Source of the DNA: Meyerozyma guilliermondii
Taxonomy: Eukaryota
Assembly (NCBI GenBank): GCA_051546255.1
Contig: CP128815.1
Span: 1,116,001 to 1,180,000 of the forward strand
DNA length: 64,000 bases
Reading direction: 5' to 3'
Part shown: positions 53,541 through 64,000 of the stretch, piece after piece
Layout of the letters: every line of letters begins with the position of its first letter
Position numbering within the stretch: position 1 is the first letter of the stretch
Notes under the pieces: model-generated
What the model saw: only the letters and a program-made list of their open reading frames with translations
Told to the model about the DNA's origin: nothing
Database searches by the model: none
Translations under genes and position numbers: made by a program

Positions 53541-54145
53541 TTGCAAATTGCAAAATTGCAAAATTGTCAAATGTTGCAAAAAAAGTAAATAGAAGAATCG
53601 CAGCAGATTTAGATAGGACTTAGATCTATGAACCAAGGAAGCATGTTGTAGTGGGAATGGAATTAGCTAATGAGACTGATGGTGCAATTGAAAGGTTGTG
53701 TTCGGCTGTTCGCACACTACTGGAACATCAAGTATAATTAAGCTGGTGTTAGTAACAGAAAAGGAAAGTCCCTCCTTAGCTCGTCTTAAAAAGACTCTAC
53801 ACAAATAGTCTTCTCAAACTTGGCACATTACTTCTTTTACTTATCTATCAATTATTCATATTTCCTCGACTGACAATTCACCACCTTCATTACTCATACA
53901 GGTCCACACACACTCCACCAATGGCCAAATACCTCGAGTTGTTTCCGGACACCTCGGGCCGGGCCGCATAAGCCCTCATTGTACGGCTCCAACCATTTCG
54001 GCAACTAACTGACAATTCCTATCACTTCCTTACCTAAGCGGGCCACAACGCACAGCGGTATCTGGCAGCGTCCAGCCTGCGCACTGCATACCCGCACGGC
54101 TCCACTTGGTATAAAGGGCTCGAGTCGCCACACTTGTTGTTCAAT

Positions 54146-55684
54146 ATGTCCGATTTAGAAAAAGTACTCCATAAGTTTGTCGAGTCGTTTGAACACCGGC
54201 TCAATGAGGCACTTCAGGAGCAAAAGGCTACTGGAGCTAACGAAAAGGTTGCAAACGCCAAAGTTGAACCTGCCAATTATGACGACGATTTCTTTAGTAA
54301 AGCAGCAGACGATTATATCGAGTTCACCTACGAAAACCCAACGATTTACCACGTTGTAAACCACTTTTCTGAAGCCTTGGAAGCGAAAGGTTTTACTTAT
54401 GTTTCTGAGAAGGAACAATGGAATATTGGACCTGGAAAGTATTATACCACCAGAAATGGCACTGCTTTGATAGCTTTCGTCGTGGGAAAGAACTGGGAAC
54501 CCTCGAAAGGTGTGGGTGCCATTGGGTCCCATATTGATTCATTGACTGCAGCATTGAAACCCAGCTCGTCTAAAACTCCAGTAGACGGATATGACCTTCT
54601 CGGAGTTGCTCCATACGCTGGCACTTTGGGTAACCTTTGGTTTGACCGCGACCTTGGAATTGGTGGTAGGCTTCTCGTTCGCGATGGCTCTACCAAAGAA
54701 GTCACCCAAAAGTTGGTGGACCTGACTCCGCAACCAATTGCAAAGATTCCATCTCTTGCACCTCATTTTGGAGAGCCCTCCAAAGGTCCATTCAACACTG
54801 AAACTCAGGCAGTTCCAGTCATTGGATACGGAGGAGCCGAGAGAGCCTCTAAACCAACTGAATCTGAAAAGTCAGCTCCTTTGTACGGCAAGCACCCATT
54901 GCAATTGCTCCGTTACATTGCTAAGAAAGCCAAGGTGGAAGTGGCCGATATTCTTCAATGGGACCTCCAATTGTACGATGTTCAGCGTGGTACTAAGGGA
55001 GGCTTGGACTCGGAGTTTGTCTTTGCTCCTCGTATAGACGATCGTATTTGCTCATACGCCGCCATTCATGCGCTCATTGGTGCTGCTGAAGCTGGCCATA
55101 TTCCTGAAGACAACTTTTCAGTGGTGGGATTATTCGACAATGAAGAGATTGGATCCGGAACGAGACAAGGTATTCGTGGTGGTTTGTTTGAAACAGTAGT
55201 TTCCAGAGTTGTTAGTGGCTTCCAGGACGATGAAACTTCGGTCAACGATCTGCTTTCTGTAACCTATGCCAACACCATTATCCTTTCTGCGGACGTTAAC
55301 CATCTCGTCAACCCCAATTTCGACAACATCTACCTCGAGCACCACAAGCCAGTTCCCAACAAAGGTGTGGTGATCGCATTAGATCCTAATGGCCACATGG
55401 CTACCGACTCCATTGGCCTTGCTCTCGTGGAAGAATTGGCAAAGAAAAATGGAGATGAGCTCCAATACTTCCAAATTAGGAACGATTCTCGTTCTGGTGG
55501 AACCATTGGTCCATTTATTTCAATGCAGACAGGTGCAAGAACAATTGATCTTGGTATTCCCCAACTCTCCATGCACTCTATTCGTGCCACTGTTGGAGCC
55601 AAGGACATTGGAAACGGAATCAAGTTCTTCCATGGGTTCTTCTCCAACTGGAGAAAGTCCTATGACAAGTATATCGATTTGTAA
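54146..55684 (+). CDS. APE1: Vacuolar aminopeptidase I (M18 family) precursor
   Basis: N-terminal helical propeptide, GSHIDS, DRDLGIGG, RIDDRIC, FDNEEIGS, QLSMHSIR. Confidence 0.9.
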   Translation: MSDLEKVLHKFVESFEHRLNEALQEQKATGANEKVANAKVEPANYDDDFFSKAADDYIEFTYENPTIYHVVNHFSEALEAKGFTYVSEKEQWNIGPGKYYTTRNGTALIAFVVGKNWEPSKGVGAIGSHIDSLTAALKPSSSKTPVDGYDLLGVAPYAGTLGNLWFDRDLGIGGRLLVRDGSTKEVTQKLVDLTPQPIAKIPSLAPHFGEPSKGPFNTETQAVPVIGYGGAERASKPTESEKSAPLYGKHPLQLLRYIAKKAKVEVADILQWDLQLYDVQRGTKGGLDSEFVFAPRIDDRICSYAAIHALIGAAEAGHIPEDNFSVVGLFDNEEIGSGTRQGIRGGLFETVVSRVVSGFQDDETSVNDLLSVTYANTIILSADVNHLVNPNFDNIYLEHHKPVPNKGVVIALDPNGHMATDSIGLALVEELAKKNGDELQYFQIRNDSRSGGTIGPFISMQTGARTIDLGIPQLSMHSIRATVGAKDIGNGIKFFHGFFSNWRKSYDKYIDL

Positions 55685-55891
55685 CGGTATAAAAAGTTAT
55701 TGCTACGTAAGCAATCAATAAATTCACTACAGTCTATGAAATAGTTCCTATTTTTGATTCTACCCTGTCTGTCTTTGCAACCAGTAAGTCCTGCACCCAC
55801 TGCAACCTCAATCGAGTAAATCACGGACTGCATACTTCCAGGTCACAAAAACACGAACTGGGGGAACAACCAGAATAGAACACCTATTACA

Positions 55892-58131
55892 ATGGGTATG
55901 TAATCAACTTTGAGGATTTCGGAACCGTCAAATATCTGATGCTCACAACCATATACTAACAGTAGCTCCAAAAAAGATGACTTTACAGGAGTTTATCTCC
56001 GATGAAGGTATGTCCAATTTTAATAAAGCAGCATGCGGCATCTTGACAGCATTAAGTCACATTGGAGTGATTCAAACAAGCATTGATGCTCTGAACACAC
56101 CAGATACTGTGAGCACATCATTGTGGCGATATTTTGGTACATTTTTTGTATACTAACACAGCTTACGGTGGATCTTGGGCTGATGATGACATCGACCTTG
56201 CATCTATTTCTGTTCCAATTGAACGGAGTCGCCACCAATCACATCACGAGGCGTTTGGAGGCTCCGGAAGAGGTGTCCGGGGTGCTCCTGGTGACCCTGG
56301 ACCTCCATACATTATAAAACTCTCACAACTACCCGTCGCGTGCAACAACCTGTTCGTGGAAGATCTCTTTCAGAGCAGATATACGCCGTATGTCAAGTTC
56401 AAGATTCTCGTGGACCCTGCAGCAGACCCCTTACAGACCGGAATTGTACGCAAGATCGCGTTTGTGGAACTCGAGTCTTACCAGGATTATACCAAAGCCT
56501 TGAAATGGCACGATCTCTATTACCGCCAGGGACGGAGGGTAGTGGTGGAAATGGCAGATTTCCAAGACTTCCAGCATTCAGTCAAGTACAACCAGGAACA
56601 CCAGCAGCAGTTAATCGAGTTAGAACAAGATGTGGCCTCTGGAAAGTTCCGCCTGACGGGGTCTTCCGGCCCTATGACCAGAGCCTCGCCCATCGCTCCA
56701 CACCGAAACTTGGGGCCCAAGTTGGGATCTCACGCCGGAGCCGGCTCCGGTGCGGAAACGTCAAAACCAGGCTTCGACACGGTACTCTCCAAACCGAAAC
56801 CCAAACCCAATCCATTTGGTGCCGCGAAGCCTGTCGATGTTTTAGCGAAGGAGGACGAAATACAGAAAAAGCTTATAACTGTTAATCACACCACGATCAA
56901 GACTATGGGCTCAGTTGAACCTGCCCCTCCAAGGGAACGTCGAAAGTCCATGAACATTTTGAGAAGGGACAGCAAAGCTGAAGACTCGCCTCGGCCGCCT
57001 GCGACCGCGCCAGAACAACCCAACTCAAAATACTCACCAGCGCCTGTAACATCTGTGTATGGAGATGGAAAGAGTGGTATAAGCTTGGCGCAAATTTTGA
57101 GTGCTGCTAACAGTGACTCGAACCTGGCTGCAAATTCGGCCAAGAACTCGCCAAAACCAGCGGTTTCAAAACCTACTATCTTGAAGAAGAAGGCAATGAA
57201 TAGCCCTGTCGTAAGCGTTCAACAACTTGCAAGATATGAGGCCAATGAACCCGAAAGTACCGAAAAGACAGAGACCCAAGCAAAACTGCTGCAAAACCCT
57301 GACGATTCAGCTATCAAGCACCCCGTAGAAACCACAGAAAAGCCTACTTTGAAAGAAAAGAGCCATGCAAACAAGAACCCATCATCTCCAAAGGATGATG
57401 ACCCATCCTCAGAAAATAACAAAGCAACTGCCCCTACGACACAAACTTCAACGAATCTGAAAAACAGACCAGATTTTAAACACATGTTTGAGGAGATCAC
57501 CCAGAAGTATGTGCCAAAGGAGAAGCCTAACAAGTACAAAGGCAGAGGTCCTTTCAGAGAGCCTAATGTGAACGGCAAGATAACTTCAGAGTCAGATGAC
57601 AAGAATGCTCCCCGCAACAATAGCCCTGCGAAACCTAATGGCCGAAAAAATTCCAGGGATATACCGAGCGGTTCCCGTAGGCCACCCAAAGCTCGTACTC
57701 TGCGGAGGAGAGATGGGACAGAGGAGAAGAAAGGTGAAGATGTTGTGGTTCAGAATGGAGAGGGTAAAGTTGAGAGGTCTAATGATAAACTGCGGGCAAG
57801 TAGTCTAACTTCGAAACAAGAAGTCAAATCGAATACAACGCGAGATTCAGTGCCCAATGGCGACGGAGAGACAAGTGCTGCGAAGAAGGAACGAGCCACT
57901 GGCTCTGGCGCTCGAAGAGGTTCCGGGTCCAACAAACAGACTACTAAGACGTTCGATGGTTCAACGAGTCATTCAGAGCCCGGAGAGAGACCAAAACGTG
58001 GAAGCTGGAACTCTAGAGGCAGGGGAAATAATCGTAGACGATGCAGAGGTGGCGCCAATCTTCATTATGTGCGAAACGAACAGTTAAATCAAGAAAAGAC
58101 TCCGGTTCTGGAAACTGTTCAAGAAGTATAA
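55892..58131 (+). CDS. PSP2: Psp2-like RRM/RG protein with eIF4B-like N-terminus, three exons
   Basis: Exon 1 55892-55895 (ATGG); intron 55896-55965; exon 2 55966-56007; intron 56008-56161; exon 3 from 56162. Both introns are GTATGT...TACTAAC..AG. PPYIIKLSQLP..EDLFQ..KIAFVEL RRM; NPFGAAKPVD motif. Confidence 0.75.
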
Positions 58132-58193
58132 CAACTGTACCATAAATAGCTACAATAAAATAGCACATTTCAACTTTTACTTATTATTTAACT

Positions 58194-59450
58194 TCACAAA
58201 ATTCCACTGTCTCTTAATGAGTTTTCCAAAATAGTCTCTTTGACAGCTGCGAAAACCAATTCGATATTTGAAGTGTCAGTGGCCTGGGTAACATGGGGAT
58301 AGATGTTGAGTCCCGATCGGTTCACCTGATTAAAGCGATACAAAATGTATTTTGCTGCTTTGTTAATATTATTTCCTCCATTGTAGTCAGGGAAATGGTT
58401 CTCCAATGGAGAGTATGGAAGCTTTTTTGCAAAGACATCAATTTTGTTCAAAAAGAGAACAATCGATGTCCTAGCAAACCATCTCGAATTGACTACCGAG
58501 TCAAAAAGAGCAAGAGACTCCTTGAGTCGATTTTGTTTGTTTTCTTCAAGAAGAACTTGGTCATATTCGGATAAAGCAACACAAAAGATTATCAAGGTGA
58601 CGTTGTCGAAACAGTGTATCCATTTTTTTCTTTCCGATCTTTGTCCACCTACATCAAACATGTGAATGTTGAGGCCCGAGCCCATGTTGAAGTTGAAATC
58701 GAAAATACCGGATGTCTTTTTTCTAGTCCTCAAAACGTCATCAACAGAAGGAATATAGTTCGGTTGGGCAATTCTGTCAAGGTCTGAGAGGAAGTATGAT
58801 GTCGAATCGATGAGGTAGAAGTTTCCCTGCTGATATTGAATAAAGTGTTGCACCTCAGGAGTGCTGTAGAGCTTAGTTATTTTCTGGGCAATTCCGATAT
58901 CAAAGGTCTCCTCGGTATCCAAGGGTAACTCGAAGTCCATTATGTCGTCGATATCAGCCTTGTCCAAAATTCCTTTACCAGAGAATTCTTGAGGGGTTTC
59001 TGCCACTTCTCCATTATCTGTTGCACCACTAATTAGACTAGGTTCCAATTCCTGGATGGCTGTGATGACATTTTTGATACAGTCCAACACATTCTTATAC
59101 ACGAACGGCTTGTACTCGAACAATTCTTCCTTGGAGAATCCATTTTGATGGAGAATTTTCATTTGCTTGACAACCGTAGACTTACCACTCTCTCCAGATC
59201 CTAATAAAAGAACCTTGACCTCCTTTTCCAGGCTCACAGAACCTGCGGCTGGCTTGGCCTTTTGTACCGCCTTGTCTTGTTTTTCTGATGAAATCTCAGT
59301 GGAATTCGATGATTGTGATTTTTGTCCATTATCTTGCTGTGTACCTGCACCGGCCAGATTTTGAAGTCTTTGCTTCTGTTCTTGTCTTTTTGGTTGTGAT
59401 TGACCACTAGAAACTGGTTCCAGAGTTTCTTTTGATCCGCAAATTCCCAT
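58194..59450 (-). CDS. GPA2: Heterotrimeric G-protein alpha subunit of the cAMP pathway
   Basis: MGICGS lipidation motif, [32 protein letters not shown]-terminus LRDSGIL. Confidence 0.94.
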   Translation of the reverse strand: MGICGSKETLEPVSSGQSQPKRQEQKQRLQNLAGAGTQQDNGQKSQSSNSTEISSEKQDKAVQKAKPAAGSVSLEKEVKVLLLGSGESGKSTVVKQMKILHQNGFSKEELFEYKPFVYKNVLDCIKNVITAIQELEPSLISGATDNGEVAETPQEFSGKGILDKADIDDIMDFELPLDTEETFDIGIAQKITKLYSTPEVQHFIQYQQGNFYLIDSTSYFLSDLDRIAQPNYIPSVDDVLRTRKKTSGIFDFNFNMGSGLNIHMFDVGGQRSERKKWIHCFDNVTLIIFCVALSEYDQVLLEENKQNRLKESLALFDSVVNSRWFARTSIVLFLNKIDVFAKKLPYSPLENHFPDYNGGNNINKAAKYILYRFNQVNRSGLNIYPHVTQATDTSNIELVFAAVKETILENSLRDSGIL

Positions 59451-59893
59451 TTTGTTTCACGCAAATTTGCAATTCTTGTCTGGGTCTTATCGCCGTAAAT
59501 TGTCGGTGGTGACTTGGTTCCGCTACCAAAGTAAGCACACCAGCTAATACACCAGTAATATTACAGAATAATTATCTCCCGAGACAATTATTAATCGTTT
59601 GTTATTAATGCTAAGTTATGGCCGCCTGTCGCCCTGAGTGCGATTTGAAATAGTCCGACTGAAACCAACCCAATTTTTAGCCCTTACTGCATATAACCGA
59701 GGCGATCACGCAGTCAGCCGCTACTATGCACGGAACGATGACGGGTGGCTATGGCGTTGTAAATGTAATGACGGCGTAGGATAGCAGAGAGTACATTAAT
59801 GTTGCAGATACTTTGTCCCTGTAAAGATATGTATTTGAAAATACTACTTTCATGAAGCTGAAACGTAGCAAATTTCGTTCTTACCGCCGTGCT

Positions 59894-61891
59894 TCAGGCA
59901 TTTGGCGTATCTCCTGTAGAAGCTGCAACCGACCCAATTGTCTCGGCAGTTGTTGCTGCTTTGTCGTCTTCTTCGTGCTTGAGTTTCCCCTCATCCGGAG
60001 AAGCCGGCTGATCCATCAGAACAGTAACAGAAACAGCATCTTCCACTGATTTACCTGTTTCTGGTTCAGCTGTTTCTGTTGGTTCTTTTGCTTCTCCCGT
60101 CTGTTCTGCTCCCGAATCCTCAGCTATACTCTTGCTAAGCTGATCCTTTTGAGCTGCTGCTTTAGCCTCTTCCTGCACTCTCTTCCGCTCCTGGCGTCTT
60201 CTCTTCTTGGTCTCAAACTCGTGCCATTCTCCCTTGATATCTTTCAACATATGCAATGGCTCCGGTAACGGTTCAGTGGTGAAATATGGGTGTTCAAGTG
60301 CTTCCAGAGCCGTCCACCTCTTTGCAGGGTTATATTTTAAAAGATCTTGAGCCAAGTCAAAACTTTGCTCAGACATTGCAGATCCGAAAAGTTCCTTGAA
60401 ACTGCTGGACCGATTGATTCTAGGCCGTAACATTTCAAACCAAGGAAGGTTTTCTATTGTGGGCCAATCTTCGACGGTAGGGGTACCCATTATATTGTAG
60501 ATTTTGTTGAGTTGACCGATTTCGTCAAATCCTTGAAACGCTGCTCTCTTAATGTAGAGCTCAATTAACAAACATCCAACACCCCAAATATCCACCTCTC
60601 TACCATAATCTGTCGAGCCCAAAAGAAGCTCAGGTGGACGGTACCATATCGTTATGACTCGATTCGTATAATCGGGACTTTCTGTGTCTTTCACCGTTTT
60701 CATTGTACGAGCCAATCCGAAATCGGCAATTTTAAGTCGCCCAATACTATCCAACAAGATATTAGACCCCTTGATATCCCTATGAATGATCCTGCGGCAA
60801 TGCAAATAGTTTATTCCTTCCATGAGTTGTTTGAAGATGAACTTGCGATGGCTCTCACTGAGTTGCAAATCGGGATGTGTTAACAATCCTGTCAAATCAT
60901 GATCCATATAATCACTCACCATGAATATTTGGTTGTGTTCTACCATCATTTCCAAGAGTCCCAACACATTAGGGTGATCAAATGATTGCAATAACTTGAT
61001 CTCACGCATAGCTGTGATGGGGAAACCTTCACGTTCAGCTTCTAACCTCAACTTCTTTAGTGCCACAAACTGCCCTGTCAACACGTTCTGTGCTTTATAA
61101 ACCTTGCCGTACGTTCCTTCACCCACCTGCTGAACTCTTTTGTAAACTTCTGCCGTCGGGGTCTTGACCGAGTACATTTGAGACAACGCTAGTTTGGGAA
61201 CTGGAGCACGTTGTGCCTTTGGAGTAGTGGGCAACGTCGAGCCAGCCCCGGATTGCTGAATCCTACTGCCAGAAGAAGCATCGAACCGCCCGCCTCTAGT
61301 ATTATTATCCCTTCCTCCGCGAGCCAGACCACCACGTCCTCGTCCACGATTGCCTCTATCAAACGCCCGTGGACCTGATGGTTTACTATATTTCTGAGAG
61401 CCCTCATAACTGTTGTCATACCGTTCGTCGTGATATGCATCGTTGGAATAATTAAAGGATTTTGCACCAGGTTCAGCACTGGTATCTTTCGCTGAGCTTT
61501 CGTAATCTCGACGTCCCTTTTGAGGAGGTTGCCTCCCTGAAGGTCCACCACCACGTCCTCTCATAGAACCTCTTCCTCTTTTATTTACATGATCATTATC
61601 GCCAGGAAATGGACGTTTGTTGCCTGAAAACCGGTCGTCGTCTCGTGGTGTACTATATCTATCAGATGGTCTGTAGTTGTCACGATCGGGGAAACGCTTT
61701 CCCACCGGTCCAGTAGGATATCTGCCGGGTCCACTCGGCCTTCCATTGTGTCCAGCGTGACCTGGTCCACCACCTCTTCCTCCTCGATGACCTCCTCTCG
61801 AAGATTGGTCTCGAGACTGATCTGCTTGACGACCATCGTCCATCGTACGGGTAGCTTTTGGCCCAGACGGAGGCTTGTAGGTATCAGACAT
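59894..61891 (-). CDS. CTK1: CTD kinase I catalytic subunit
   Basis: GEGTYG, GFPITAMREIKLLQS, DFGLAR, YTNRVITIWYRPPELLLG, WHEFE; RGG-rich low-complexity N-terminus. Confidence 0.9.
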   Translation of the reverse strand: MSDTYKPPSGPKATRTMDDGRQADQSRDQSSRGGHRGGRGGGPGHAGHNGRPSGPGRYPTGPVGKRFPDRDNYRPSDRYSTPRDDDRFSGNKRPFPGDNDHVNKRGRGSMRGRGGGPSGRQPPQKGRRDYESSAKDTSAEPGAKSFNYSNDAYHDERYDNSYEGSQKYSKPSGPRAFDRGNRGRGRGGLARGGRDNNTRGGRFDASSGSRIQQSGAGSTLPTTPKAQRAPVPKLALSQMYSVKTPTAEVYKRVQQVGEGTYGKVYKAQNVLTGQFVALKKLRLEAEREGFPITAMREIKLLQSFDHPNVLGLLEMMVEHNQIFMVSDYMDHDLTGLLTHPDLQLSESHRKFIFKQLMEGINYLHCRRIIHRDIKGSNILLDSIGRLKIADFGLARTMKTVKDTESPDYTNRVITIWYRPPELLLGSTDYGREVDIWGVGCLLIELYIKRAAFQGFDEIGQLNKIYNIMGTPTVEDWPTIENLPWFEMLRPRINRSSSFKELFGSAMSEQSFDLAQDLLKYNPAKRWTALEALEHPYFTTEPLPEPLHMLKDIKGEWHEFETKKRRRQERKRVQEEAKAAAQKDQLSKSIAEDSGAEQTGEAKEPTETAEPETGKSVEDAVSVTVLMDQPASPDEGKLKHEEDDKAATTAETIGSVAASTGDTPNA

Positions 61892-62886
61892 GATGCTGAG
61901 TTCGAATATTCAGAGGGATTTACTGCCGAAATAGAAACCTGCAATCAGTATGCTGTGGGTTTACTCTGGTAGATGAACAAAATCCTGGGTTACCCGGCAT
62001 TGGAAGTACTAAAACCAGATGGAACCATAGTCATGAATATCGGCCAGATGGTCGGTGGGATTGGAATGGATATGGTTTGAGAGTCACTGCACTGCTATTC
62101 TGGCTTGCAATTTCCAGCCTGTGCTGAGGCTTTTTTGTGGTGATACTCGGTTCTTAAAGTCGCACTCGCAATTAGTGCTGGTATGAGTTCCTTGGATAAA
62201 GCGAGTACTCTCACCTTTGACTACGCAGAGAAGTAGAGGCCATGACAGCGCTGAAACAGCAATGTTGCCATGCAAGAAAAAGAAGTCACAAATCGTCATC
62301 ATGGCAATGCATCTTGCCTCCAAAATTAATGGCCCAAAATGACCAAAGTACACCAGGACCGAAAGTGCAAAGCGCCATAAAGACTAAACAACAGGCAACA
62401 GAAAATATGCCAGCGGCAAACACACTTAATTTGATAGCTGAAACAGCATACTGTGCCGTCCAACAGTATTGTTTTCGGCATTATCTTGGAAGGTTTCTCT
62501 CCTTATTATCCTTCTCTAACCAATAGATTTCTCAGACTGAAAAGGTCTTACCGTAAGATTTGAGGTAATTTGTGGTGTCAGTGTTACAAGTATACAGCTT
62601 CACACCATTGTGGCTTTTAAACTCCTTTTTAACAAAACTTTTATCCCCACCAATCATCAATCTTCCACTTTACTTTCTATATAACGACGAATACATTACT
62701 CTCACATCGCTGTTTGTTATGAGCATGTCCAGCCCCATTCAACTTTTCAAAATGCCTCGTTTTGATGACCTTGTTTTAATGATGTATCGTCCAAGTCCTT
62801 ATATCTCAACCACCTCAATTTAAGCGCGCCCGGGTAACCCCGCATACTCACATACCACTCCGCTTCAAGTAATAGATAACAACCAA

Positions 62887-63225
62887 ATGGTAGGTTGATT
62901 TGGGTCACACAACGAGTTTTTACTAACTTTAGATTACGAGAGCAATTCATATCACTGCTGACTTGGTTCTTGTGTCGGCATTTCTTGCTGGAGTGAAGCG
63001 GAATACCGGATTGACGTAAGTTACATTTTGCCATCAATTGACTATCTTTGAGAAAAAATGCATTTATTTGTGTTTCGAACTGATTACTAACTCAGACCAA
63101 ACCTCGATAGCATCGAAAGCGAAAACATCAGGTACTACTCTAAGAAGTACTTGGACATAGGCGATCTGATATTCGACTATAGTGCTGCTTATTTTGGAGG
63201 CTCTGGCTACTTTGTTAGAAAGTAG
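62887..63225 (+). CDS. ATG44: Mitofissin (DUF1748), 71 aa, three exons; not in ORF track
   Basis: Exon 1 is ATG only (62887-62889); intron 62890-62932 (GTAGGT...TACTAAC-TTTAG); exon 2 62933-63015; intron 63016-63095 (GTAAGT...TACTAAC-TCAG); exon 3 63096-63225. Product MITRAIHITADLVLVSAFLAGVKRNTGLTPNLDSIESENIRYYSKKYLDIGDSIFDYSAAYFGGSGYFVRK. Confidence 0.92.
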
Positions 63226-63412
63226 TGTAGGTTTGGGATATCAGTAAATAGTGATAGTTTAAGTTATAGTGGATACTTAATGGAAATATGATGGAAACCA
63301 ATGAATTAATGGAAGTTGTAAGTTTTAATTACAGCCTTTGAGTTAATGGAATAATAATTATGATGTTAACGATTCTATATAACGTACAACTAGGAAGAAA
63401 ATAAGCGCACAA

Positions 63413-64000
<588 letters not shown>

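Noticed and set aside
53541..53585. TTGCAAA repeats after the DYS1 stop
   Set aside because: Short low-complexity 3' UTR repeat without spacers; not CRISPR-like or a transposon end.
56008..56161. Possible snoRNA in PSP2 intron 2
   Set aside because: Only partial boxes (GTGATT, CTGA); no terminal stem or guide recognised.
62280..62760. Possible minus-strand pseudogene with a hydrophobic stretch
   Set aside because: Stops about every 20-45 codons as expected for non-coding DNA; no homology recognised.
37273..63225. Apparent selective-autophagy cluster (ATG37-like, APE1, PSP2, ATG44)
   Set aside because: Spread over 26 kb among unrelated housekeeping genes with no shared motif; likely ordinary synteny.

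Overview
Gene-dense chromosomal segment of a budding yeast that reads CUG as Ser (CTG clade). Compact intergenic regions and the protein sequences suggest the Meyerozyma guilliermondii complex; the species call is an inference. I count 38 protein-coding genes and 4 intronless tRNA genes (Val-AAC, Lys-TTT, Glu-TTC, Gly-TCC), and see no transposon or other mobile element. The ORF track uses the standard code and ignores splicing, so CTG codons appear as Leu and several genes are broken or missing. Reading the DNA directly recovers 9 spliceosomal introns in 7 genes. Two small spliced genes are absent from the track (PMP3 and the mitofissin ATG44), and five gene models are corrected (PAL1-family, MUM3-like, ATG37-like, MAK10, PSP2-like). 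Most interesting observations: a hydrolase whose catalytic Ser is a CUG codon; a PAL1-family intron closed by a ~22-bp long-range stem that covers a decoy acceptor; a Psp2-like protein whose micro-exons build an eIF4B-type N-terminus; a tRNA-Lys(UUU) with a Lys(CUU)-type body; and an ~800-bp structured, gene-free interval that is a speculative telomerase RNA candidate. I cannot claim a wholly new biological system from the sequence alone.
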